Source of the DNA: Phoronis australis
Lineage: Eukaryota; Animalia; Phoronida
Assembly (NCBI GenBank): GCA_002633005.1
Contig: NMRA01000137.1
Span: 806,001 to 870,000, forward strand
DNA: 64,000 nucleotides
Direction: 5' to 3'
The position numbers were made by a program, and so were the translations under genes. This document shows positions 14,901-29,345 of the stretch, in pieces. Under the pieces are notes generated by a model. That model was given only the letters and a program-made list of their open reading frames with translations. It did not search any database and had not been told where the DNA came from. Position 1 is the first letter of the stretch, and every line of letters starts with the position of its first letter.

Positions 14901-16563
14901 GTGTTTTACCACGGTAGGGTCACCGGCCACGTAAATTTAAAATTCTCAAATCACTTTAGTCAAGGTGACAAACACATTGATTCAGTATGAGATTTATTAT
15001 TTTCAAATGGCGCGAAAAAGCAGCCTCACATGAACACGATCTAAAGTATGAAAGTGAGTAGGGTCCATTTTACACTATGCACAACTCCTCAGTGTTGTGA
15101 TAACCCAAGAGCAATGTTCGCTTGACCCAATTTATAATTCCGTTGTGTAAGATGAGCTGAGCTGACAAGGACGAAAGGCAATTTCTTTCGGTGGCGAACA
15201 CTTTGGACATGTTTGTAAGAACCATTTGTGTATGCCACCACAGCAGTGGCAGTTTGACAGCAAGAGGCTGTTAGGGAATTTTCCATTCCACAAATCCTCT
15301 ATAAGGAAACGGAATATTATCCACCACTACCGTATCGCCATCTAGCGACAAGGTGTATTTCATCATGTCAATGCAATATCGGAAAATGACTATTACAACA
15401 CTGCAAAATGTGGCAGACATCCTGGGAAATGCAAACAATCTATGTTTACCAACAACACCTATATACAGAGAGCACATTAGATTACAATCTCGCGAAATCA
15501 ATAGATCTTTCTTTTCTATGCCTGTAAAATGTTTTAACCAAAATGGTTGTCAGTAGAATCCAACAACAAGGTAACGTAATTCTTAAGTTACTACACGTAG
15601 AAATATTCCAAATCCCATTTTTTCAATGAGTGACTACCATGCTTTAAGAACGGTTGCGAAAATTTCACCAGTTGATGTTTTAGGGCATTACAGTGCACAC
15701 AAAATAAATTACTTTTTAATCCTAATGAGACAGCATGGAAGGTTGACAGGTGAGGAATTAGTGCAATGTAGAGTAATATTTATTGAGAACGTTGACAAAA
15801 TACAGATTAGCTAACTTATCGGAATATTACTTGACAAATTGCAAGACGAAGATACACTTAATAAGATACAGAAGCTCAAGGTGAAACCTCACCAATTTCA
15901 GACAAAGATATTGTTAAAATTACACTGTTTTCATTTTTGAAGGACTTCTAGCATGGTTGAGAATGCTCGCAGTTTTTCAAAATATTTTCTGCTAATATAC
16001 AACAGAGTATCATTATGGTACTGTATATTTTTTATGAAAAAATAAGAAAATACAATTCCATCTGTCCGTCACACTGTGTCCTAGATCGATGACATACCCT
16101 ACTCCAAGTAGACAGCTTCTTTTGGAATGAAGCAGCTGGGATATCCACTAGACCCAACGATCTTGTGAGTTCGCAAGATCGTGCAAGTATCCCCGAGATA
16201 TCACCACGCATTGCAAACAAAACATGTCATTATGATCACACTCGCTTTTCTGGAGAGTGACTTGGTCAACGGAACATAACCCAATAATTTTTTGTTGTCA
16301 CCATCAATTGGCACTTTATCACACACGACCTCGCGTAACTGGGCAATTCCATGACCATGATAAACGGGACGAGTTATGCCTAAGTATGGTCGTGGGTACG
16401 GAATAGGGCCGTCCGGATTACACGACGCTCGAATCCCGCTGTATTTACCCACAAAGCCGTAAACATCCGTCACGTATATTTTCTGCTTCGTTTTCGTGTC
16501 ACTGGAGTTTCATATGCTATTTGTAGTTGTCCGATCCTTTACAACTTTCTTTTCACCCTTCCG

Positions 16564-16800
16564 ATGCCAACAAAGTATTACCGCTGCGCTCTGGGCTGCA
16601 ACTCCGACGTGAAACAGGTTAAATGAACTAGACAATAATACCCGTGGATGCGTGATCTGAAATTCTCCACCTTCCCGACATAAATAAGAGCCACGAAAAT
16701 GCGCCCGATTTCCAAAATTAGGTCACGCGAAACTAGGTCACATGCTTCCTATCTCCAGGACAAAGGAGAGTTCTGTCGCCGTGTAATCCGGATGTCCCTA
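16564..16800 (+). pseudogene. Degenerate THAP zinc-finger N-terminus (transposase relic)
   Basis: ATG then MPTKYYRCALGCNSD, then after a stop/frameshift YPWMRDLKFSTFP, and later NPDVP. Resembles the THAP M-P-x-C...C-x-S...F-P pattern. Confidence 0.4.
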
Positions 16801-17952
16801 TTGGCACCAGAGGACAAGTGAAAACTTGTGCAGATCGATGACTTAGAGAGACTGAGGAATCATGTGAGGACAACTTACAAAACATAACACATCACTTCTA
16901 CTTGCCTGTGGCACATCACTTGACGGACAAAACATTCTTCACACAGCAAAAGGTCACTAATTTAGCATGCAATATAATAGACAGGTAAAACCTTTTTTCT
17001 CATTCTTTCACAATATACAGCAACAAGATGATGCTCTGCCATGTCCAAGTTCTGTGGAAATTTTCGAGGAAATTGTGAAACTGACCACCGCACTCTAACC
17101 AACGAACAATCTGCCAGTAAATAAGCAACTAAATGAGAATCCTGGTGAGGAATTAGACAAGCTGTTAACTTGAAATATTGTAGTGTGCCTTTTAAAGGAC
17201 CAACAATTGAGAAATCAATGACAGCTTACTCACATTTCCCACATGTCAGACCATGCTAAGCATGCACAGCAATACCAGAAAACTCAGCCCTATTTTGAAT
17301 GATCCAAACGAGTATGTAATATGTAAATTGATCCCAAACCCTTAATGTGTATAGCATATTTCATCATAAGTGCTCAAATAAAAGCAACCTGTAAACTTTG
17401 CTGAAAACATCAAAGAGCAATCAACCAATGATTAGGCTGGTAAACAGTTTACAGGTTTTCTACAGTTTACAGGTTTACTACAGTTTACAACTTTACAATG
17501 GTCATTTTTAAGTCAATGGCTTCCTACTGTACAGAAAACTGGGACACTTTTGATGAATGAAATGTAGCGCAAAGGGATGACTGCATTCACTTACACAAGT
17601 AGACCACTTTATTTGCCTGTATATCCACCTCCTTGTCACGTGTGAACACAGGTGAATACATCTTTCTCAGATATGAATATTGTTTCACCTCAGATGCAAC
17701 TGAAATATTTTCGACAGGTTGAAATAGATAACTTTACATCATTTTAACACCGATCTAAGACGAAGCGTAACTCCCCAACTTAATTAACCATCGTAATTCC
17801 AATGAGAATATAGCCTGATAATACAGAGTTTATTTCATATCACCACAAAACGAAATCCCGAAGTTTTATATTTCAAACAATTTCACCACGTAATCTTTGG
17901 CTTCATTACTTTTCACCTTGTCTCCTGACCATTGGGTATTAGTTATACTTGC

Positions 17953-18225
17953 GGTAAAAAAATCCCCGCTTTGGGACAGCCTCTAAAATTTGGAACATGG
18001 AAGTTCCGAGCCAAAATATGACGATCAGAAATGGACGATTTCCCAAATATGGGACACTGCAAAAGTTTAAAAATAGGCTATCACTTAACAGTTCATACAA
18101 TTGCTGAAAATGGCCTGCTTGAATTTGAAACAGACAGTAAAACCTATTTCTAAAATTTGGTACAAGCTCCGAACTTGAGCAAAAATACTTTATTCTGGAC
18201 TGTCCCAAACTGGAGAATTTTTACC
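17953..18225. mobile_element. Small MITE with imperfect ~28-bp TIRs
   Basis: ggtaaaaaaatccccgctttgggacagcc versus reverse complement of right end ggtaaaaattctccagtttgggacagtcc. Confidence 0.6.
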
Positions 18226-21200
18226 TTAACAGTAACAGCAAAGCTAAATCTAGATGTAAAACATGATTTCCATTTTAAAACGGGGTTAGTTTCCCATGTC
18301 ATATTAATTGTAATGCCACACACACACACACACACAAGTGTGAAACTGAAACTTGTGAACATTTACGAAGGAATAGCAACAGATGTTATGGCTGAATGTT
18401 GACTACATCGGTATAAGTCGAAAGTATTCAGACAAAATGACTCGAAATTCCTGCCGTGACGGCTCGGCGGAAGATGAACTCACCGTCGGAGTAATTTTAC
18501 CTTGCAACGGAGATTGAAGGAGAATTGCCACAAAAGTAAGAATTTTGCCCCAAAATAGTTATAACCAATTATTTTCGCTGTTAACAGAATTAGCGACAAT
18601 ATGACGGTGGAAACGCTATTTCATCTGGTTACTTTTGTCTGGTAGTGTGCATAATTATTTTGTCTGATTACTTTTGTCTTTTACTAAATATCCAACTCCC
18701 CACAGTGCTCAGTATCACAACATTCCAAAATATTTTTTGAACCCACATATGCAAGTCACGTTTTTCGAAAACCAATGTTTCTGCCTGTGTTTTGGAGCAA
18801 AACCCTTCATTTTGGTATTTTAAACGGGTGCGTTAGCATTCCTGAAGACTACCATACCATGGTGTACACAAGGCGACAAAATTTAAACTCGGCAGGAACT
18901 GCAAAATTCATGTACGAGTTCAAAAGTCCATGTCTATAGTGTAAGGAGTTTGTGTGCTAGGTCTTGGAATATGTGCAAAAAGTCAAAAAATGTCAAAATT
19001 TGCTTTTAAGAAATTACTTATCTTCCAATAATTCAAACACGTTGCAAAAGTTTTTAAACTCAGCGCAAGCAAACCAAACTCGTCACTGCAAAGTTCAAAC
19101 TCGATACAGTTACGAATCAAAACAGGTCACGGCGAGCAGTGTGACTACTTAATCTATTCCAGTTAGAAGTTTGCGATTTCAGCTTGTTTGACCAAATTAA
19201 TCCAGAGTAGGTCTTTAAAATTAATAAAAATGTCCTTAATTTGTTGACAAGAGTGTGATCAAAAATAAAACACAGAACAGTTCAAACACGGATAATTGAC
19301 TGAAAACAGAGTTTTAGAAGTACGCTCACTGGTAATTGCTTTTACAGTACAATACAAAATAAACAAACAAAACAAAAGCGTACATGGCATACGAGACCCA
19401 GAGACCCACGTAACATTAGATTCAAACAAACTGCAAAGCCATGGACTGCAAGACTCTTTGATTACAGCAGCAATGAGGAAGTAGGTCGTTCGTCATCCTT
19501 AGGTAATTGATTCGCAACCTCAGTACCACCTACTCACAAAAATACACTGAAATTCCATGTTAACTGAATTCTGTAGTTTAATTTTTGCATATTTCTAAAT
19601 GTTTTGACCTGCAATTCCTAAAGTCACAAACTGGAACATTCCGGTTAACCTAAACTGATGTTATGCAACATTTTTTCGGAATAGTTTCACAGTTGTGCTA
19701 AATATTACCCAAAGGAACAAATAACGAGGAAAACAAGACTTTCTTCAGATGTTTCGCAAAACAAAATTACAAAAAACTAAAGAACCAACCCGACCTTAAA
19801 ATTCCACATTTAATACATACTTTCGGATTTTTTCGACATTTTCACAAAAATAACAAAACCATTGTCAGAGTCCACAACAATTATGTTACCTAATGTCTGA
19901 CTTTTGAGCAAAATAACTTTCATTGTAAAATTCAGCAGAACTGAGATATTCTTTTAATTAATAACAAGACTGGAATTTTTACTGAGTAGCAAAAAATGTT
20001 TAAATCATTACAAATAGAGTTCCATAGAAACTCTAACACCAATAGCCACTTTTCATGTCAATACGAGAATAAATATAATGCCCCGTTTTGGCGATGCGCC
20101 ACCGAGGTCAGGTCAGGCCACGGACCATGCTCGCATGTGGTCAACCACTGTTCGCGCGAATCGCTCAAATCAGAGTTTTAGCAAAAATCCCGCTTAAATA
20201 TTAAAATAAAAATCCTTGTGATACTGAAATGACGTGCAAATCCACACATACCAAAGGAAATCCGAGCAAGAAACTCGAAACGAGTGACTGTCTTTGTGCG
20301 GGTTGTTTATCACTACACGCTAATGGCGGCCAGTCGTAAAATCAACAACCAACTGAAGCGAGCTTTGTCAACAAATACCACGTTTCACACATTTGCTCGA
20401 GAAAAATTCACAACCCACTAACCGTGACTACACATATGAACATGCTGCATTGAAGAATAGTCTTTTTTTATTACAATATCTTGCAAACTCTATTAAAACG
20501 AGGAGACAATCTGAGCTCATTTTGTATGCAAATTGTTTATCTTGTGCACGGAACGATCAGCTAAACAACAACAACAGGAGCAAGACGAGTCGTGTAATAA
20601 TCAAAGCTGACGCAAGACATTGAACAAAACTGCACGATCTGTGTACCTGAGACCAGTTAACAATAATTACCTTATTTTCTCAGAAGTTTACAGCTGGAAC
20701 ACTTGATTCTTTAATCGACAAAATTTTTAGACGAGAAAGACAACACTTAAGCCCCTTCACTGTCGTAAATATAAATATACTACTCCGCGCAAGAAAGGCG
20801 ACCTCGTTCAGATCATCAAACATCAGGGTTTGCTAGTTTTCTATGGCCGAATATGTTTTTGTCGTTCATTTAGTTGAAGCAGGAGGAGTTTTATTATTTT
20901 TTGAAAAGCATATCATGGATTGTTGAATTTGTTTGTGGACTAGTTTGCTCGCGTATATGAACAATGTTATTAAAGGCTGTTGATAGGGCTTTATCCGTGT
21001 GACGTCACGTGCACCTGCTGTGTAAACAAAAACTAACAAACATAAATAAATATAGGTCATGTTTAACTTGGGCTATAACTAATTTATATCACGAAAGGGA
21101 TCAATGTGAATTTGTTTGTGCATAGGATGCAAAATTCTGCGCGCTGGCAGAGTAAATATTTGAGGTCGGAGCACAAACTCATGGTTTACTGGCAGCCAGT

Positions 21201-22049
21201 TTTCCGACAAAAAATAAACAATGTAGTGATTTGCTCAGATAAGCAGCTGTGCGCTTGTGTTTTATATCACGTTTCTATGCATATTATCAGTACAAAGTCC
21301 AAGCTAGTCGACTAGACTGTTGACAGATGTACTAAACAAAGTGATAATATTGAGCAACCTATCGCTTATGGCCGAATGAGTTTACTAGGCGCGCGGACAA
21401 AGAGTAAATAACAATATAAGATTAATTTGAAGGAAAATCGATGATCTGGTACGACGCAAAGGAAATGCGCCGTGTGTAAAAGCGAATCCGTGTTTTAAGT
21501 TACCAGAGAAACTGGCAAACATTCGTCGATTCATTAAAAATCTGAAACAAATCCATTCCGAATTTCTTGAGAATCAAGTCATCGCCAAAATTGTCATTGA
21601 TCTACAAAGGTAACGCATGACGCCAAATTACGACAATCATATTTGGTTATTTAATTACTGGAATTTTGGGGTTTTTTGTTGGAATTTACGCCACAAGAAA
21701 AATAAAAATCGGAACAAAAAATGCCCAAGTTTTCAAAGCATCTGCATGAGCTCCCTGGATAGTCAATTACGTAATAAATTCGCGTGATTTGAACTTTGGT
21801 CACTAGATGGCAGTGCCTGTCAAGCCTGGAAAGTGGGAGTTAAATTCAACGAATTAGAAAAACCAAAACAGAGTTTCTTCCAAATAAACCGTACAGAAAT
21901 TCCAATGATAGCGTTATTTTCTAAAAAAAATGTAACAATTTTCTCAAAATTCATTTCGTTTTCAACACTGCAGTTCTTTTCTTACTAACACATTTTCTTT
22001 CTTGTAAACCTGAGTTTTGATACATGCCAAACATGAGCTTAGTGTTCGT

Positions 22050-22260
22050 GCCTCTTGTCAGACCTTGTGGTTCGAGAGAAAAGAAATGTGTTTGTAAGAC
22101 AACTGTGAACTGCAGCTGGTGAGAAAAGCGAGAAACGAGATGAGCGTCGACAGGCTCCACCAGAAATTATACAAAATGGCGAAGTTGAACTCCGCTGTTA
22201 AATTTGCGATCGGGCCAAGTACCCCATAGCCAATCGTTAGCATTGTTAAATGCGTGGCTA
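22050..22260 (-). promoter_or_regulatory. Candidate promoter/first non-coding exon of an unidentified minus-strand gene
   Basis: CCAAT box (agccaatc, ~22228) upstream of a YY1-like CGCCATTTT and a pyrimidine-rich UTR-like stretch on the minus strand, in a locally CpG-rich region. Confidence 0.35.
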
Positions 22261-22916
22261 GTCATCATGTTACCTGATCTGTCGGACTGACAGATGTACT
22301 TAAATATATAAAAATGCGGGTAGTATCAGAGCAAGTCACATGAAGACTCAAACCGGATCGTCACTCGGCTTTATGACAATAAAAAATGTAATGCTGACAC
22401 TGAAGACAGGTACGCCACCTGTACGTCAAACAGTATCATCGATAAAAGAGAAAATGACCGAGTGATGACGACAAAATGGTCTCTGGACGACGTCAAAGAG
22501 AGCAACTGAAAATTGGTTGCAACCAGGGAGCTAGTGTTCAAGTGCGACAATGTGAAGAGCAATCACGACTTTCATCCCTGGGGTAAAATATCAAATATAC
22601 GAAAAAAACTCAGAAATATTGTTCCCTCAATTGAAATTTTGAAGTAAATGTTAGTATATTGTTAAACAGACAAATATCTTAATTTCAGATAATATGCATA
22701 TTAAAAATCTAACGGAATAGGACCCTCTGGCCCAGTTTTGTCAGCTCCTCTAATGCGCACGCGCGCGCGTTCGTGTATTATTATATATACATACGTATAT
22801 ATGTGTGCATGTGCCCGTGTGTCCGTGCGTGCGTTAGTGCCAAACTAGTTTATATCTTAATTCTTCGAAAAATTGTACGTGTTTCATTGCACTGGAAGCA
22901 AAGTATGTAAAAATTT

Positions 22917-23510
22917 GACCCCGTTCACAGTACTCCGTTTTCATTCGAAAACGCAACCTTTTCTTTGGTTTACAAAAAGTTCTCAGTCTACACTTATCGT
23001 TTCCGTATCGCTTTAAAAAGTTTTCCTTCTACGCAAATACGAATAATACGACGGAAAATGGACCTATCTATATGGGTTCTTAAAAATTTATCTTCGCGTG
23101 AATTACGCTATTGTCGGCCTTTTTTCCGTCCACACGAATAAGGTAATACAATCGAGCCTTGGACATTTAGATAATTGCTTTTTTGTGGATACGCATAGAT
23201 GGAAGCTTTACTCGTGGTGTTTTTAAAAAATCCAATCTCAAGAGCGCCGTATCCGTAATGATGTTTGTACGTTTTTAAAAGTGGATTTTTCTCTACGCAG
23301 CTCCATTTTAATTTGAAAATGTAAGTTTTTTGTCGGATACGTCTTCTGTCAATATGTAACCACTGAGTTGAAAACAAAAACAAAAACAAAAAACGCAGAC
23401 TTTCGACTTTTGAAAACGGAACTTTTTCTTTTTCTCATAGACAGATTAGTTTTGTGTGTGTAGGGAAAACGCTTTGAAAACGATGCTAAAAACGATACGC
23501 GAAGACGAAA
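22917..23510. mobile_element. Decayed PIF/Harbinger-type MITE
   Basis: Starts gaccccgttcacagtactccgttttcattcgaaaacgc, with many cgttttc/gaaaacg motifs in opposite orientation toward the right end. Family call by resemblance only. Confidence 0.4.
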
Positions 23511-26500
23511 ACTGAAAAGAAAAACATAGACAAATAACACGACCTGCTTGGGCTCTATTTTTCGAATACCCAAAAGTAAATTTTTAGTCTGCTTCGGACT
23601 AGGCTGTAGATTCCTGTATATTGGTTTTGAGTTGTGGACAGATTTTCTGACTTTTAGCCTCAGAATTATATTGTGAAACAAGCTGAGCCATCTGTAAATT
23701 GAATTTTATCCAAAAGTCAAAAGAAAGCGTTCCGCTAGTCAAGCAAAGCTAACTTATTGAGCGATGTCTCGAGCAAAATAACGAAAATGCCCGTTCTCTA
23801 ATCTAGAGATGACTTCATAGCATTTCAGACAGTACACCGACTTATAATAGCGGAAAGAAATTGAAGACAAAAAAAATTATTGATAAGGCCATCACCTTTA
23901 ACTCTGCTGCCGCATATGCGCCTATATTCGAAGTTATCGATATATTCAAAGAAAATTGGCCACTCGATTGTTTCAAATATATATTCACGCATCTACGCTT
24001 TGCTTATAGTCAAAAGTGGGTGTTCTCTGTACAGGCGAATACCTTGTTTCGTTGCAGTCTACGACAGAGGGCGTAATCTTACACGTGCAAAATATTTTAC
24101 GCGACTTGGTTTGGCAGTGGATTTCCTAGATTATAACTCAAAATAGATCACGTAATTTAAAGCTCACTTTTGAAGTTTTGTGTACAATAACTAGTGCGAA
24201 ATATAGATGACGGTCCAGTTCAGTGACTAACTCTTGCAAAATTGGATTTAACCTTTTCATATTAAAGAGGGAAGAACAAAAGTACCCCATTAATAGTTAA
24301 ACCAGGCTAGATAGTATGCACTTCTTATAGGAAATCAAAGAAATGTTTGATCTAGTGAAAAATACAATAACCTTTCCAGGAAAACCAGTGAAAACACCAA
24401 CACTTTTCAACTGAAAAACACAGGAAGTGCTTAAAATTAACATAATTATTTTAAAGATATGTTCATGTAGCACGTCAAAGTGAATTATGCTAGCCTATGT
24501 CACGTTCGCATACAATTGTTGGCTACTTTCCACTAGACCCAAACATCTGAGAGAGTGAAAAAAGTTGTGTTTTTTACATTTTATTTCGACTGTATAGAAA
24601 AATACAAAAAATGACATTATTGCATAAAAATGTAGTTAACTTCTGGGCAACAATAATTATAAATGGATTCATCTATATCCATCATTTTCAACCACGGTTT
24701 TTCTCAAATAGTTCGCCGCATACGGCAAATTCCTTGTGTAGGCGGAGATTCAAATATTGCGCATGGGCGTAAAGGGGCAAAATACGGTATGGACTTCGTC
24801 CAGAAAAGTTATCAAATTGGTATCAACTTTTGACCGCATTCAAATAAAAACCGATTACTTGACTTTGAAAGAACTGACAGGCTCAAAGACGTGTCAGTTA
24901 CTTGTTATCGAGTTTACCTATGATCGAGGCCAAAATATTTCCATTTATGGAATAAGAACTTGCAGAAAGATTCATTTTGCAACAAAAACTCATCCAACGC
25001 TGGTGCATTATAACAAACTGCAACCCAATGGGTTTTTCATTAAATTTCTGATCAATTAATAAGTATTTTGTAGAGTTTTTAGCTCTGCGTATGAGAAAAA
25101 GCTTATTTATTGAAATAAACTTGAGTAAAAAATCTTTATCAAGTAAAATCTCAACGTCAGGCCACCTTCTCACACTAGAAACCCCTAACGTTTGTAAATA
25201 GGTCTGTTCCGTTGCCCATCGCTAGATGGCGATAATAGCTGGTGACACTGGGACCCAAATAGGGACTAAACTATGACGTCTAAATATTCTGTGTATCTAT
25301 GTCTTTCTTCAATCACAAATGGTAAATGACATCCTTTCAATGGAAAAAATAGTCCTGAAATTAGGGGTTGTTTAAACAAATTCCAGATTATTTTCAGTGA
25401 TATTAAAAATTCAACGTAGAGTATGCACACGAGCACTGGAAAGGACAACCAGGGCTTTCACAAGTCCAAGAATATGGTGAACACACAGTTGAGTAACTAT
25501 CCGGTGAACTGTTTTATGCAACAAGTCAGAGGGGGACACGGGGCTGGAGAAGAGGGGGCGGCGGGGGGGGGAGGGTAATGAACACTAGGAGAATCCAAGA
25601 CCAAGAATACAACAGTTGGGATTTTCATAGAAACATCTGTGTTACGTCATCTGGAAAGTCATGCGTTGCAATTTTTGTTAAAAAATATTAACAACTGTAC
25701 ATACACTGCTACATATGTGTTGTGTTCCGTTCATTTTTCGTTGTTAGAATAATTCACATATTTATTCCCGAGCTACCAACTGGCAATTGGTTAACTTCAT
25801 TTAAATAGTCATTAAGTTTGACGGCGGCCAGTTTGAATTATAAGTTACCATAGCAACACATTTAAAAGAAGAAAAATTACATTTCTCAATTGAATCCTGA
25901 TCTCATGTGATTAGTTTCAGCTCTTTTAAAAGAACTCTCCCTTTTTCTAACCATGAATCGCATTTATATGGTGTATGTATTTTCATTGAAGGGTGGCCAT
26001 CTTGGAAAATGACCGTAATAAATCAATATTTTTCTTTTGATTAAATTCAATTTTATGTTGTTTTGTAAAATAATAAGTCTAAATCTTAGCTCTCAATAGC
26101 AGGTTGCTATGGAAATTTTAAAGACTCTGATATCACTTTTCTCGGCCCATTTTCCTAAACTTTGTAAGCTCTAAATATTCGCTTTCCCCGACTACAAATG
26201 GCAATATCTCGGCCATTTCTGAAAATAAGGACATGTTTCATACACCAAAATGATCAGAAAATACTCTATTTATAGAAAAAATAGCAATTACAAAAATGAC
26301 AATCCCTACTTAAAACTCATATTAGGTGACCGTAAAGTCAAACACAGGCTGGTTGCCTGTCCCACCAGTTTCGAGACCCCAGGTCGGACACCAGTCTCGT
26401 TCCCCCCTCCCATCGTCAGCTCGTCATCCCCCATCGACACACACCAATTTTGTCTGTTTTCTGGTCGTCTTCTAAAGATTGGACCTATCCACAGCGGTTT

Positions 26501-28509
26501 TTGGCGATATAAAATTTCCCGATCTCACCAGCAACATGCTGCCCACCATTTTGCCAATTTCACTGAGAAGTATTTTTGAAAAACATGACGATTGCTTCAG
26601 CCATAAACACGATCTCATTTCAGTGGCTGTAGACTCGTCCAGACCCCTCTTCACGAAAAGAGACTTGAAGCGGCTACAGACCCGCTTTCAGTAGGAAATT
26701 AAATTGATTTAAATCACTTACCGTTATACATGTGACACTAACTTGTTCCTTAATTGGATTAAAAATGACACGTTGGCTTTTTGGGGGTGGGTAGATCCCT
26801 GCTTGATCGATATTTTATACGATGAACATGGTTAGACGCACAGCCGAACTGATCAGAAGCAGCGCTCCCACTAAACAAGGACGTAGGATGCCCAGACCGG
26901 AAGGGCGTGTGCTCCCAATAATATTCAGAGGTGAAGGAGAGCCGCGAGGGGACTTGATGATGGCGTCGACCATGGCTACGCATTTTCCTGTTATTTACAT
27001 ACTCAGTTAAGGAGTCACTCACGGAGGGAGCCCCAACGATGGACTCAATCGCCTTTTTATTCCTGTTTTTGTGAAATCTCGCAACCTTTTATATTAAGGA
27101 AAGTGACCCAGCCCGGTGATGAAGGAGTTTTTCAAAATGACAAAGCCTTTCATTTGGGGAAGATGTCTAAAGATCAGAAGGGAAACCTCTCGAGTCTCAA
27201 TCAAGGTCCACTCTTGGAGGGGCGGCCCGGGGCAACTATCCATTTGTCCCTTATAAATCCGACAGTTTCGTGTAAACACGACAAGAATCAAATTCGTCAT
27301 GCAAACCACAGCATCTTCTAGACATGCGATCCAAACAACCAAAAACTTGAGACTCATGAAAAAACAATTAGCATTTGACTGGCGTTGAAAGATCGCCATT
27401 TCGGAATTACATATAGACAATGTTCTCGATGGTTCTATGAAGATAAAATGTAAATACTTCTCCCTAAAAAATTCCAAGAATAGCTTTTTTATGAAAATCA
27501 CGATTAGGAAAACATTTATTGATGAAAAGGGTGTTGTTCAAACGCTAAACTCGCCGTCTTGGTCAGACTGTCATGAGTAAGATTTAGAAGTGACCGTCGA
27601 TGGGTGCTCGAAGTACATGTAATGGCAACCGTAAACTTATAAATTTATTCCTACGATTTTTTGAGAGCATTTCTAAGCCATAGGGGAGATCGGGGCTATT
27701 TCGGTCCCGGGGCTAGTTGGGCCACCGCCCCAAACTCCGCTATTATATGTGCACTTTCAGCCTCAGTCATTTTGAGCAATCACATGACTGGTAGGCTACC
27801 ACTACACTAAAACCACGCTGGTCGAAGGCGGAGTGCTTTTCTTGATCTGACAGGCAACGATTGGTTTTTAACCCAGGTGAGTAAATTTTGGAGCTTCACT
27901 CGATTCAGTGCTGGCCATAAGCCGTGAGCAGTGATGTAAAATGTTCTGTTCGTGGGTTTTAACAACAGCTTGTTCTTCAAGACAGGCCATGTGTTTCTTC
28001 ACATTCCTCAGTGATTGATGAGGTAATCACGTGTGTTTTCCATTTAGAGCTAGTGGTGCAAGTTGGGCCCTTTGACATGGGGCTAGTCTGGCCAGGGGCA
28101 GAACTTGCCCCTTTCACTTTGCTTGATATATCATCAAAAAATGTTTTTTCATTAAATTTAATGAGTATTATTCATCATAAAATTGCACAAATTCATCTTA
28201 AATATGTTTCTTTGGTAGCGCATTGTCATTTTGTAGGTTTGTGAACAGAACATGATTTTTAAACGTAACTACTGTGGGCACTAAAAATGTGAAAATGTTG
28301 GACTCTATGTCTGGTGCGAAGCCAGAACGGGTTGAAAGTAAGCCGACTGACTTGTGATCTTCATTAATTTATGGGGTATCGTCTGGTCTTGAACAAATAA
28401 AATGCCAAGTTTTAATTATCATTTTTTGTTTGTTTTTTTTCAGAATTTTGCCCTAAGCATGGATCGACATTGCAAACTAAATCAAGAGAATCAGATACTC
28501 TAAGGTCAG

Positions 28510-28745
28510 CAGTCAGACCATCCCACCCTTCTTGATTTATTCTCGAGTGCATTATAAGGAATACTCTATAAATGGAGCACCTGCTGGCTCAAAAGGAACC
28601 GCTCAAGCATCAGGCTGGATGACAGTTGACAACTTCACCATGTTTCATCTGCATTTCGTTAAAAATGTCAAACCATCAAAAGATGATCCCGTACTCATTC
28701 TTCTTGATAACCACGACTCACATCTATCCATCAATGCCTTGGACT
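28510..28745 (+). pseudogene. pogo DDE_1 transposase fragment
   Basis: IPPFLIYSRVHYKEYSINGAPAGSKGTAQASGWMT...PVLILLDNHDSHLSINALD; SGWM and LLDNHxSH are pogo/CENP-B-type DDE motifs. Confidence 0.9.
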
Positions 28746-28904
28746 TAATTTACGAGGTTTAGGCGTTAGTGCTCATTACGATGGGGCAGTTTGTAAGACC
28801 CCAGAATCGCCTACACCAACCTGAGCAATCCCTGAAATCAAATTCAGAAGACAGTGATTGTCGATAATCAAGGAAATGAGCCGTTTTTGCCACCCGTGGG
28901 TGTG

Positions 28905-29345
28905 TTCATGAACATTGCGTTCACTACAAAACGACATCTTCTACAAACTCCTCGTTGTACAAAATCATTTGCTGAAGATTCAGTTCGCAATGCCCTACCT
29001 CATATCATTAATAACCTTCCTGAAAGTGTTTTCCACAAAATGTTTACCCATTCGTTATCCTCTGTTATAAATTATTTTAAAAACGTTTGTTTTCAAGTTA
29101 TGAACTTGAGTGCACTATTCCCAACTGCTTTGTGAGTAACTATTTTCAATAATCTCTCTTAGTCTTTTTACATTATCACCTAATTTTGGAATTCTGATTA
29201 TCTGTAACACTGTATTTTTATTCTCTGTTGTCTCCGTGGTCAGCCGACCCTTCGGGTCCTTCACAGAGTCTCCATAAGCGTAAATTTGTATTAATTGTAT
29301 TTTTGTCGTAACGTGAATAAAGTGTATTACTACTACTGCTACTAC
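28905..29345 (+). mobile_element. 5'-truncated CR1/L2-group LINE 3' end inserted in the pogo element
   Basis: ORF2 C-terminal-like TPRCTKSFAEDSVRNALPHIINNLPESVFHKMFTHSL...IPNCFV, a 3' UTR, AATAAA and a (TAC)n tail. Confidence 0.75.

Noticed and set aside
26250-27501. Cluster of 60-135 aa ORFs on both strands
   Set aside because: No recognisable domain or consistent splice signals; probably decayed repeat sequence.
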